Positions 1 through 11,325 are shown, counted from the first letter of the whole stretch. The stretch: DNA of 63,639 nucleotides, filler included, from Octopus bimaculoides (GCF_001194135.2; 6 parts of 6 records of this genome joined end to end with filler, not necessarily neighbours in it), one strand, 5' to 3'. Numbers and translations are program-made. The notes: generated by a model from the sequence alone, not told the origin.

Positions 1-613
1 ATATATATATATATATATATATACATGCATACATATACATGTGTATATACATACACACCCACGCACAAATATTATATACACACATACATAAACATACACG
101 CACACATACACCTACTCACTAATGCTGATAGGCATTGTAATGTCTTTTGGAAATGCAAACGTGTAAATATTTTGGGATTGTAAATTAAATGCAAGAATTC
201 TTCATTGTTGTTGGTATAATGTTGAGTGGAAATGTTTGCAATGATATGCTTCTATTCCAAGGCTAGTTGGGTCTGCTGAGGAAACCAACAAGAACATGAA
301 TGATAACTAGGATATAATGCAAATGGAATTCTGTGAATATTGGCCTTTGTTGGTTTTAAAACGTTTTTATGATACTTTGTTGAGTTGCTGCACATACAGC
401 TTGAATTTTAGGTTATTTCTTCATTTATTTGATTTAAGCATACTTTGAAAGAGTTGAGATTATTGGGGAAATATCCAGTAGTTAGTTATATCTTTGAGGT
501 AGGTAAGTTGTGTCGAGTGACATCTAATGTCTATTTAATGCTAGAATGTTTAATATAAAGTATAAAAAGATCAACGATATTTTTGCTTATTTCTCTCTTC
601 ATATATTATCTAG

Positions 614-704
614 GTAACTTCTGGGAAATTCAAACAGATATGGTTTGAAGACTACAGAAGCCTAAACCATAAATACGCATATATAAGAACTATGAATGTT
701 AGTG
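614..704 (+). CDS. CTBS-like: Internal coding exon (phase 0 to 1) of a GH18 di-N-acetylchitobiase-like protein: VTSGKFKQIWFEDYRSLNHKYAYIRTMNVS(G)
   Basis: Pyrimidine tract plus TAG acceptor at 612-613 and GTAAGT donor at 705. The peptide matches the GH18 beta7-alpha7 segment (human CTBS QVWYDNPQSISLKATYIQNYRLRG, recalled). It splices in frame to 3539. Upstream exons, including the catalytic DxxDxDxE motif, lie outside the window. Confidence 0.85.
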
Positions 705-2231
705 GTAAGTAATAAGGATTTTGTTCAAAGTTTTTGCTTGTAAGAACTTTTTCATAAATTTCTTTTATCTTCTTAGTTTATTATGAAGAAAAATCCCTAA
801 AGTGTTCAGAATCACAGTTGGCACTATCACCAAGTGACTTAACATGTAGTTTCACCATATACTATCATCATATTTTTGAACGACCAGTAAGGATGTTTAC
901 AAGATATTAAAGATTAAAAAAAAAACATTAATTGGTGGGAGATAGAGTTCAATCATCATACAGGCTTGTTTAGTTGCTGGTTGGTACATATTATTAATAT
1001 ATGTGTAGTTTTGTTTTTGTTGTTCATTATTTCACATTTCTATAAAAAGTTTTAATGTTTTTCATGTCTTACTATAGTTTTGTGATCTGTCTCTCTGTCT
1101 ATAAATGAAAATAATTAATGAAGGAGGAAAGATTATTAATAAGATTTTACTGGCCTGTCTGATATGTTTTAGAACATAAAGTTCTCATGAACGGTCAGTC
1201 TGCAATTTATTTTCTGGATTGTGAGAGAGAGAAATCAAGAATTTCTTTTTCAGAATTAGATGGGTTGCCTTATTACAGAATGGTGCAGCTGCCACAGCAT
1301 TTCATGTGTTAAAGATTAGTATTTGGTGAGAATACCTGCAGGGAAAGAGTTCATCACAGTAGGCCTCAGCTAATCTGATTGTCTATTATTGACAGTTCTA
1401 GAAAATAATTTCAAGAGATATGACTAATGAAATTTATGTATTGTCTTTGAGAAAGAAGGTATATATGATGACTCTTTCTTTTGTTGGGTATTGTTCAATG
1501 GAGTTTCAGCAGATTAGGGTGCATTACCATATTTGTGTTGTCAAGATATTGTGGTAATGGTTGTAAAAAGCACTTGAAAGATAATTAGAATAACATTACT
1601 TAGAATGGTTGTTAACAAATGACAGCAACTCTCCATAGCTCTCACAATGCTTTGACCTTCTTTTAAACACTGTATATTTATCTATAGTGTCCTACTAATG
1701 AAAGTAAATGTCGAGAGAAAACATTATCCATTTGTAATGCAAATATTAACTGATGATAAATACATCTTTTCAATTGTATGAGGATATTTATATCACCAGG
1801 TAGCAAGTACTTTTGTACTTTAATCTGCAGATGTTATTTGTGGTAATATTTTGACTTCAAACTTGATGATACCAAAATAAAGGATGAAATAGAATCAAGA
1901 TACTACTACTGTTTGTCTTCATCATTTTAGGCATGATTTGAAGAATTAGCAGTTGTTATTTATGATGGCTGGAGCTACTGTAGCAGAAGAGGAATGATTG
2001 ATGGAATTTCTTGGCAGTATTGAGTATGAATTTTGAGGCAAAAGAAGTAATAGCTAGATTGGATATAGTGTCAGAGTTCTGTTGAGCCTTTTTATTAAAA
2101 AAAAAAGAAAAGAAATTATTATGTGCTATGCAAGGCATCAAAGTGACTGGCTATAGTTTAGTAGGTGCTGTGTATATTAGTTCTTAACTGAATGGAAGCA
2201 TTTTTTGTTTCTTAATCTCTTTACAATGATG

Positions 2232-2455
2232 GTTGTTGTTGTTTAGCTCTAGTTCAATCCTAATCAAGCAAACCTATGATTAAAAGCATTCCAGCCATGA
2301 TCATTCCAATTTTTATTGGCGACGAGGATAATCAAGACTACTGTATCTAATGTGTGTCATTCTTTCTTTTAAGGTAGTGGAGAGTGATTTGATGGAGATT
2401 TGGTTGCTATTTCTAGCTATTTTGAATGATTATATATTGGTTCTCACATTGACTC
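2232..2455 (+). repeat. Unclassified interspersed repeat; a diverged reverse-orientation copy lies at ~49960-50165
   Basis: Shares GATTTGATGGAGATTTGGTTGCTATTTCTAG and AAACCTATGATTAAAAGCATTCCAG-like blocks with the reverse complement of 49960-50165. Confidence 0.55.
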
Positions 2456-3538
2456 AGTTGTACCAAGAGACTAAAGCTGTAAATTAGAATCAGCTAGTAA
2501 TGACAGATTTTACAGCCTTTGCTTTTTTGCCATCATGGAACCACCACTTGTTCCATTGATAGACATACCAAAGTATTGCTTGTAGTGTTTAACCATTTTT
2601 GTATAATTGAGTGTGAAGTAAAAATGTTACTGAAAATAGCAACATCTGCATAGAATCAGTTAGCAGATTAGACTGCTAGAGCACTACAACATGTATTGGT
2701 AATAAGGTAGTGTTTGAAAGTAGTTGTATGAGTTGAGATTGAGGTGTAAAGGGAGAACATATCGAATATACTAAGAAGAACAACTGATTGGAGAGAGCTG
2801 TAGTATAGGAGATTCATTACTACTGATGTATATATATTTTCTAATTATTTTCATTTTGATTTTTATGACATACTAGAGATTATTACTGATAATTCCAAAC
2901 ACTACTTATTTCCAGTACATGCTATAATACTTTAGCAGTTTAATCTGCTAGCTGATCAGACCTTTGCTGATTCTATGCTGATGCTATTTTTGGCAACATT
3001 TGTATTTCACACTTGATTACATCATGCTTAAATATACTTTCATATTATAATACTCCAAGTGGTATCATGACTTTTTGAATCTTCTTCAAATCAACCTAAT
3101 TTTGTTGCATTCTATTATATTGTTGAAAAAATATGATTTTCGTGTTCATCACTAGAATCCACTTTGCACAGTTTAACTTCATATTTGCTTCCTGTGTAAA
3201 CCTCCCTTTTGATATATTTTGTTGATTTCTTGACTTTTAATTATATTTTGTACTATTCTTCTCTTTCTTTCAGTTAGAACTTCTTACTTCTATTTCTATA
3301 TTTTGGTCAAATATTTTGGCCAAATGTTTTCTATGGCTTCCTCGTATTGTTTTCAGTGATTTGATTTGTTTAGTTTATCTTTATTTTTTGCAATCAGTTA
3401 TTTTGGTGTTGAAAGTAAAAGTAAGAGGAAAAAATTAAATTGATTATTCATTATTGTTACAGAATGAGAAAAAACTCCAAATATCGACCTTTTTGATAAG
3501 TAAAGTATGAGTTTAATCATTATTTTGGTTTTCTTTAG

Positions 3539-3688
3539 GTGTAGCCCTATGGAGTGGAAATGATTTACAACATAGCTCTTCAAGCTGGTATGAAGGCTAT
3601 AATAAAGTGATGTGGGGCTGGTTAGCTCATCAAGCATTAATGCAGCCTAAGAAAGACAATTCATTTGAAGATCTTAAAAAACTTCCAC
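3539..3688 (+). CDS. CTBS-like: Internal coding exon (phase 1 to 1): GVALWSGNDLQHSSSSWYEGYNKVMWGWLAHQALMQPKKDNSFEDLKKLP
   Basis: TTTTCTTTAG acceptor and GTAAGT donor at 3689; 150 nt, open frame. GVALW is the GH18 beta8 strand with the conserved Trp. NDL...VMW parallels CTBS GIGMWNANCLDY...EEMW. Confidence 0.87.
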
Positions 3689-4689
3689 GTAAGTATATGA
3701 TAGAAATAGTTAGTTTTTACATTAATACATTGTTATCATGTTGCTGCAAAAGATGCAGAGATACACGAGTCTAATCCAGCCTGAGGTTATCTTGCAATAC
3801 TATCTCTAGTTGATGAACTATATTTGTCAAATAGTCTATTCTGTTTATGAAACTCCAGAACTATTATCAGGTATCTATTAATGTTTTTGTTTTATATTAT
3901 TGTTTGTGGTATTCTACTTGTTTTGCTGCTATATCACCTTGAGGGAAATAAAAACAACAAAAAAAAAGACTTTGGTTACTAGTTACCAGAAACAGTCATA
4001 TTGTTGTCAACCTGAAAATCATGCAGTTCAATTTATAGTTTGTTAAACTTTCTTTAGAAATATCTTTTGGTAGATTTGTAATTGTTTTGAAATTTTTTAT
4101 TTTTGTCGATAATCTAGTATTACAATGATAGAAAGATTTTGAAGATAGAATAATTCCAACTAATATTTTAATTAGAAGAAAAAAAATTCTCTGACATTCT
4201 CAGTTTACATTGTAACATTCATGTACAGGGTAATATTTATCCCTACTTAAATGTAGATGTTCTATTAGAACAAATTTCACTGTGGTAGTTACCATGAGAG
4301 ACCCTCATATTGGCTTTTTGGTGCAAAATGCATGCTTGTTTATATCACTTGTCTGGAGATAAATCCCTGCTACCTCCAGTGCTGGGACCATCAGATCACA
4401 TGATTTTGACCTTGTTTTGGTTTTATTCATGATGGACACTTGACTTCTAGAGACAGCAGTGATTCATCTCTCTGACAGTGATATATAGATTGACAATACC
4501 AGGACAGGGTATAGCAAAAAAAGCTCTTGTCCCTCATAAATATTCCAACAGCAGCACATGGTGAACACAGATCTAAAAACCATGATGAACTACTCCTTGC
4601 ACAAAAAGAAAAAAAATGGGTAAAACGTGAAGACGCTTATCAGCTGCCTCACCTCACTAGTGCCACACTAATGGCTGTGTAAAATGCTA

Positions 4690-5281
4690 GCTTGCTTACT
4701 TCATATTCCTACCTGGTGGGGCTGGAGTCATGCTAGGTTAGTGGTCCCAGAGACGTTATCATGCATCAAGCTGACCAGGTCTACAAGTGCTCTCCATTGC
4801 TAGTGATCCTGTGCCAACCCCTGTGCATCCTCCAAGGTGATGTCAAGCCTCTGGAGATCTCCAATCATGTCCAGCCATCTGGTGTGGGGCTTGGCATGAA
4901 GTCCCTTCCAGCCTGCTGCTCTTATGTCAAATGAGAGTAAAGCCCTGGTAGGATGATCTAGCAGGTGATGGAGGACATGTCTGTACCAGCACATGTAACT
5001 GATAGCTATGCGGTGGGAGGCTGTGGGCTGATGCGTGCGTACATGCAGTTCTTTGTTGAAAATGTCATGTACTCCCTATGGAGGCCCCTTTGATGGCACT
5101 GTTCTATCTCTCAGAAGACAAAGCTCTGCATCAACAATGCATCAGCCTCTCCTCTATGGAGCAGAAATGTAGTCTCTCTCAAAGTCCTTGGCAAGAAGGA
5201 TTGACGGCTTCAATAGCGGAGCCCTGAGAACCATCTAGAACATCAGATGGTACCATCATGTTTCCAACAAAGAATTGTGCG
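4690..5281 (-). mobile_element. 5'-truncated RTE-clade LINE remnant with an inverted 5' segment (sense part 4690-5072 on -, inverted part 5081-5281 on +)
   Basis: The minus strand gives ...WYRHVLHHLLDHPTRALLSFDIRAAGWK...KPHTRWLDMIGDLQRLDITLEDAQGLAQD, typical of the RTE ORF C-terminus. The plus strand gives the segment just upstream (SISQKTKLCINNA..PLYGAE..SLSKSLARRIDGFNSGALRTI*NIRWYHHVSNKEL). Confidence 0.8.
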
Positions 5282-6068
5282 AAATATGGGAGGTTTTTCT
5301 GCTGCACACTGTACAGTTGCATTCATCAATATTTAAATGGAATCACAGAGATGTACTTGCATAGCAGGTGTCTTGATTGGAGATTGTGTGCTGAAACTAA
5401 AATGATTGCAGTATGGAAGACACAAGTAGATGTTCAGAAACACACACAGTGTTGATTTCACTTAAACATTTATTTGTAATATGGTGTCAAAATTTTCATT
5501 ACTTGAAACTGTAATCTGTTTGCTGAATAGTTCAGAATCGAATATGAGTACTCATACAGGTACTTGATATTCAATGCATTAAAAAAAACTTTATAATTCA
5601 ACTGAAAAATGTTGACATAATATCTTTTTGTAAATTCCTTGACAGTTCCACTTCTCTTACTCTTTTTAGTTTCTTCATTCATTGGTCTATAACTGCAAAA
5701 GCATGTTTGAGCTTCTCAACACGTTGTGTGGTCTTTATTAACAAAAAAAAAAAGGCTCATTAATTATGTTTGGGCAATTTGTGGTTTGATAAACTAAAGG
5801 ATTACTACTTCATTTAGAAACAGGTGAGGTGGTGGCACCAGAAAGGGTATCTTTTCTCATGTTAACTCTATCATGGTTTTTCATGTTGCTAGCTAAACTG
5901 ACAAGTACTAAAAGATTTAACGTAATGGTTGTGTGCATTAATTTGAACCAACAATAATCAATCTTAGATAAAATATCATAAGAACAATGATAAATAATTC
6001 AAGCAACACTTTGTTTCATTGACAACAGTCTGAATGTGGCTTGTTATATTTTTTCAATATATATGATA

Positions 6069-6466
6069 GGCACAGGTATGGCTGTGTGGTAAGAAGCTTA
6101 CTTTCCACCCAAGTAGTCTTGGTATCAGTTTGACTGTGTGGCATCTTGGGCAAGTCTCTTCCATTGTAACCTCGGGCCATCTTTTAGCCTTGTGAATGGA
6201 TTTGTTAGATGGAAATTGAAAGAAGCTTGTTATATACATCTGTGTGTGTGCACATGCATGTTTGTGTTTGTAACCCCACCACTGCTTGACCACTGGTGTT
6301 AGTTTGTTTATGTCCCCATAGTGGTTTGGCAAAAATAGACTGATAGAATAAGTACCAGGCTTAAAAATAAGTACTAGGGGCGATTTATTCAACTGAACCC
6401 TTCAAGGCAGTGCCCCACCATTGCTGCAGTCCAGAGACTGAAACAACTAAAAGATAAATGATAAAA
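6069..6466 (+). mobile_element. tRNA-derived SINE (octopus family with an internal TA/TG microsatellite), diverged copy
   Basis: GTGTGGTAAGAAGCTT head, GATAGAATAAGTACCAGGCTT core, GACTGAAACAA..AAAAGA tail. Collinear with copies at 45717-46062 and 62634-63061. Confidence 0.8.
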
Positions 6467-6850
6467 TCAGCCCCAAATTGGGCACAAGACTTATTTAGAT
6501 GTAAAAAATATGGAAGAAGGATTGCAGATGTACATTTTAATGTTAGAGAAGCATTTGAAAACTCATCCATTACATCATTAAAAACATTCTGAATGAGAGC
6601 CTTTCACTGGCAGGATTGCCAAACAGCAAAACCAATTTATTTGCCTAACAGTACCAATAGCACACAATCAGACAGGGTAACATTAGAACCATTTTCCAAG
6701 CAAGTTCCCCTATATTGAACTTTTCATTTCCACACACCTTCTAGTGGATTAATCGCTTCACTATAACATTCTTTTTTAGTGCTGAATGCTTAGTAAAAGA
6801 ATGTCTTATAGATAATAACATAAGAATGTCTAATACATAATGGACTTTAA

Positions 6851-7970
6851 CCCTTTCGTTACTATATTTCTGACCAAAATACACCCCTCATGAGTTTCAA
6901 TTAAATTCTAAAATAATCATGAATTTAGACTAGTCTCATTAAACACCTGTAACTTTTTTATTTATCAACATATTAATGTGATATTTGGAACATAATTAAA
7001 GAAAGGGTTCTTAATCAATTCTATTGCATAATATTTGTCTCTGGGGTGCTGCTAGTGTCTCTCACATGTAAATATTGGTTCAGCTTCACGAATCGTACTC
7101 TTTCATAATACTGGAAATATATTCATCACCAAAAGGTTCCTGATCGCTCCAGTAATTTGTTATTCTGGGTAACTGTCTAATACCCATAATNNNNNNNNNN
7201 NNNNNNNNNNNNNNNNNNNNNNNNNNNNNNNNNNNNNNNNNNNNNNNNNNNNNNNNNNNNNNNNNNNNNNNNNNNNNNNNNNNNNNNNNNNNNNNNNNNN
7301 NNNNNNNNNNNNNNNNNNNNNNNNNNNNNNNNNNNNNNNNNNNNNNNNNNNNNNNNNNNNNNNNNNNNNNNNNNNNNNNNNNNNNNNNNNNNNNNNNNNN
7401 NNNNNNNNNNNNNNNNNNNNNNNNNNNNNNNNNNNNNNNNNNNNNNNNNNNNNNNNNNNNNNNNNNNNNNNNNNNNNNNNNNNNNNNNNNNNNNNNNNNN
7501 NNNNNNNNNNNNNNNNNNNNNNNNNNNNNNNNNNNNNNNNNNNNNNNNNNNNNNNNNNNNNNNNNNNNNNNNNNNNNNNNNNNNNNNNNNNNNNNNNNNN
7601 NNNNNNGCTCATTCATTCTTTTCTTCGATATCTCCATATCTTCTGTTGTAAAACCTTCAAATTCGGAATCACTGCTTGATAGCATGAAACTCCTCTCCAT
7701 CTTCAAAGTTGAAAAAAATTAACGCTGCAAAAAATGTGGAAAAAAATCTTCCAAATTTCACTGAGTTCAAATATCACGCCAAACAATGTTGGAGACAATA
7801 ACTCAACTGTTTGCAAAGTGAAATCAGGTGTTTTAACGAATGTACTAACAATATTTGGGTTCAAATATACATTTAAATAACAATGGGTACGCTCGGCCGG
7901 CTACGGCCGGGTTAGTCTTATGAACCAAAAATTTTTTCGGCCGGCTACGGCCGGGTTAGTAACGAAAGGG
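6851..7970 (-). mobile_element. Internally deleted piggyBac DNA transposon (~1.1 kb including a 416-N gap)
   Basis: 14-bp TIR CCCTTTCGTTACTA at both ends, TTAA at 6847-6850 and TTAT at 7971-7974 (mutated TSD). A 24-bp subterminal direct repeat TCGGCCGGCTACGGCCGGGTTAGT occurs at 7893-7916 and 7937-7960. A transposase fragment lies on the minus strand. Confidence 0.9.
7030..7700 (-). pseudogene. piggyBac transposase N-terminal fragment, frameshifted and truncated
   Basis: MERSFMLSSSDSEFEGFT...[gap]...IMGIRQLPRITNYWSDQEPFGDEYISSIMK, then after restoring one A, RVRFVKLNQYLHVRD. This matches the piggyBac conserved G-x-x-x-LP...YWS...IMSRxRF..I.RxLHxxD block. Confidence 0.8.
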
Positions 7971-8200
7971 TTATGGGTTGATGTTGCATATTTGCGTCAG
8001 ATAATTCTTGGCATATCAATAGATAATTATTCCTCAGCTGCCTTATTTCATTACCTTAAATATCATTTGAAAATGGTTAACTCTTGGTTATTGCATTCTA
8101 CATACAATGCTTATATAATTTTTTTGTTTTTTTACACTATTTTCAAGCAATATTTTCACAAACAAACTTGATGGTTGCTTTCAGTATTAAGACAATTGAA

Positions 8201-8414
8201 TCCTTTAGTATTATTCTGTCAAATGTAATGCTTTGTATTCATATTGTTTTAAATTAATCTTGTTATTACTGCACAGTTTTGAGATTTCAATTTTGAGATT
8301 GTTTATTTGTAGAATGACATTGTAGGCTAGATGTGAGAGGCCAAATCTGGCTGGTTTGAACATGAAAGAAGTAGAATGTTTGGGCTGGATATCGCCGGTT
8401 TAAATGCTAAAGAG
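8201..8414 (+). mobile_element. piggyBac-type TTAA MITE (~215 bp), copy 1
   Basis: Ends (T)CCTTTAG... and ...GCTAAAGAG followed by TTAA. It is the reverse complement of the copy at 8757-8975. Confidence 0.8.
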
Positions 8415-8756
8415 TTAAACTTGTATATTTTTTTTGTCTTTTGATTTAAAAAAAAATGAACATTTGATTAGAAGTTACCCTAATTATATAATTTTATTTG
8501 TTATTATTCATATATGCAAAAAGAAATTATCTACTTGATCTTCCATGTTATCAGTATTATCTAACTACTTGTTCATCTTTGAACCATACCAAGATTCTTA
8601 GAAATACCACTGTCACTTAAATCTTTCATCTTCTTCTGTCACTCTCAGTATGTTGCAGTCAATCTCGAGATTCACACTAACCCTTTTCTCCAAAACTGCT
8701 TCCCTTAAGAATTTTTTATTTAGTCATCTATATCACTCAGTGGAAGAGAACTTTAA

Positions 8757-8975
8757 TCCTTTAGCATTTAAACCTGCCATATCCAGCCCAAATATTCTAC
8801 CTGTTTTATGTTCAAACTGGCCAGATCTAGCTTCTCACACTATCCTACAGTGTCATTCCAAAACTAGGCAATCACATCATCGAAATCTCAAAGCTATGAG
8901 ATACTGCATGATTAATTCAAAACAATGTGAATAAATAAGCATTACATTTGACAGAGTAATCTGAATGCTAAAGGG
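8757..8975 (-). mobile_element. piggyBac-type TTAA MITE (~219 bp), copy 2, inverted relative to copy 1
   Basis: TTAA-TCCTTTAGCATT ... AATGCTAAAGGG-TTAA: TIRs plus a TTAA TSD on both sides. Confidence 0.88.
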
Positions 8976-9611
8976 TTAATCATTGCTCTTTAATAATTAC
9001 TCTTTAATAATTACTCTTTCTCAATTTGTTAAAAATTATTTTGGTATCAGGACTTGGGACATGTAGTTTATACTTAAAACACTTGGAGTCTATTTCAGGA
9101 AAAGTTTTCTGCTTTGTTAGCTTTTTCAGTGGGTAGGGAATAGACTAAGAAGTTAACAAGCTTTTGTGTTTTTTACTTTTATTAAAACTTTGTAAAGGAA
9201 ATTTATGACTATAAATATGAAATCTTTTCTGTTTACTTTTGTCTTCATATGTAGCTTTGCTACTGTTTGTAGTCTGAACTTTATTTCAAGGTTAATGCAC
9301 AATTAATAATAGTAATTGTTGCTGATGATGTTCAGTGGATGCCTTTTCCCTGTGCTTGATGAGTTAATGTGGAGTGAGCTGTTGCACATTGTCTGTCACA
9401 CAGCTTATAAGTAGAACTAAATTTCTGATTCAATGGCAAGACAGAATAAAATGATTAGTAGATTTTTGGTCTTAGGTTGAACTTTTTTGTCTGTAGGGTG
9501 AACTGAAATAGAAAAATAAAATGTTCTTTCTCACAACCTAGCAGTAGCAGATTTACTTTCATAATTGAGAAGCACATAAACCATCATGTGCTTGGTGAAC
9601 AATCAGAGACA

Positions 9612-10213
9612 AAATGATGACTTACATATTTATTTTTAATATGCTCTGGCAGATTTGAATGTGCAAATACTAATCACTATTGTATTTTGTCATTAGAGGA
9701 CAGCTTTTTTCATTACAAACCCAATTCAGTAGCATAAAAGGACTTTGAGACACCTGGTGTTTTGACACCATTGTTGTCTCCTCTGCTAAAGCTGCACCAG
9801 ACTAATGAATCTAATAAAAGTTTATGGCTCTTGTTTATAACTTCAAAAAACAAATGCCTTGCTAATGTGTGCTCATATCCATCAACTTTGCTGTTTAATG
9901 AGCACATTTTGATTAATGATTGGCTGACAGATATCAGCAAGCATCAACAATTAATTTGTTTACTGAAATTACAATCCAGAGCCACAAACTCTTATTAGAT
10001 TCATTAGTCAAGGGTAGCTTTCACTGAGGAGACACAATGCTGTTGTAACACCAGGTGTCCTAAAGTCTCCTTATGCTAATGAATTGAGTGTGTTATGAAC
10101 ACACTTTCATCTGAAAGAAGTTATTGGCCATTGAAAAAATACAACAGTGATTAGCATATTCATATTTGAATCTGCCAGAATGCAGTATGAATGAATATGT
10201 AAGTTATCATTTA
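9612..10213. repeat. ~600-bp imperfect palindrome (foldback/MITE-like) with arms of ~260-290 bp and a ~55-bp centre
   Basis: Left-arm blocks AAATGATGACTTACATATT, CTGGCAGATTTGAAT, ACACCTGGTGTT and GACTAATGAATCTAATAAAAGTTTATGGCTCT each have a reverse-complement partner, in nested order, in 9925-10213. Confidence 0.85.
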
Positions 10214-10278
10214 TTTATTCAATTTTATTGTTTTTGTTGAAATTATATTATTTATAGAATGTCAAATTTTTTTTCCAG

Positions 10279-10433
10279 AAACTATGGCTGGCATTGGAAT
10301 CGGTTGTGTTCTCATTGGTGGAATTCTTGGTTTCATTTTTGGCTGGGGAGTTTTTCGACGTACTCACAAAAGAAACAGAAGGCAGCCTTTTGATAAAGAT
10401 ATGGTTTACATGGAGGAAGATCAAAACTTGTGA
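10279..10433 (+). CDS. CTBS-like: Terminal coding exon: (Q)TMAGIGIGCVLIGGILGFIFGWGVF-RRTHKRNRRQPFDKDMVYMEEDQNL*, a transmembrane helix plus cytoplasmic tail
   Basis: TTTTTTTTCCAG acceptor in phase 1, matching the 3688 donor. A ~23-aa hydrophobic stretch is followed by a basic stop-transfer cluster; TGA at 10431-10433. An AT-rich 3'UTR-like sequence follows. Confidence 0.8.
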
Positions 10434-11325
10434 AAACTGATAAAATTAATCAAACATTTTTATAACAATGTAATTTTTTAAAAACTTGATGTTTTGTCAC
10501 ATATATGCTATTTTTGTTCATTCGTTTTACTATAAATTAGCTCCTTACAAATATTTTTTATTGTTGTAAGAAAGGAAACTTTAGATCTGTCCATTTATTA
10601 TCTCATTCTAGATGACAGTTGTGCTAAGTTATTGAAATTGCTCATTGTGTTGTATTTGATAACTATTCTCTTTCAATGTCTATATTTTATATCTTTAAAG
10701 TTTAAATGAGCCTTTTTGCTTTTAAAGTGTTTTGTTTATTGTTTGCTATTTATTAATGCTATTTGTTCTACCCATTTTTGGATTTGTTATGTATTTTTTT
10801 ATATTTGAAAGACTTTTGTAACACTGATATAGTTTTTATTACCAACATCTTCATTCCTTAAATTCTGACTTGTTTAACTCTTCTACTGTGGAAATCAGAT
10901 ATATTCCACTCAAAATTTCATTACCTTTAACTGCAGAAAGCAGTTTTATATACCAATCTATCTTTGTTAATGAATGTCATGTTTGAAACTATTTTTAGTT
11001 GAGATATGTTGAGTTTATTGAGGCAATGTGACTTGCGGAGAACACCAGTTCTATTTTTTGGAAGATATTAACATCATTACTGGAATAACCATGAAATTTA
11101 ATTTTGCATTAAAGAGTTAATATTTGTGTTTCAATAAGAAATTGAATCCAAATATTTTTACATAGAAATAACAGAATCCAATTCAAATTATATAAATAAT
11201 TGTGTACAATATTTCTATCATCATTTCATAAAATGTAAATTGTACATTTTCCAAAATTGAGAGGTCTATTTTTTTTTAAATCTCAGTTTTTAAAAATTAT
11301 ATGGAAATGAAATATATAAACACTT

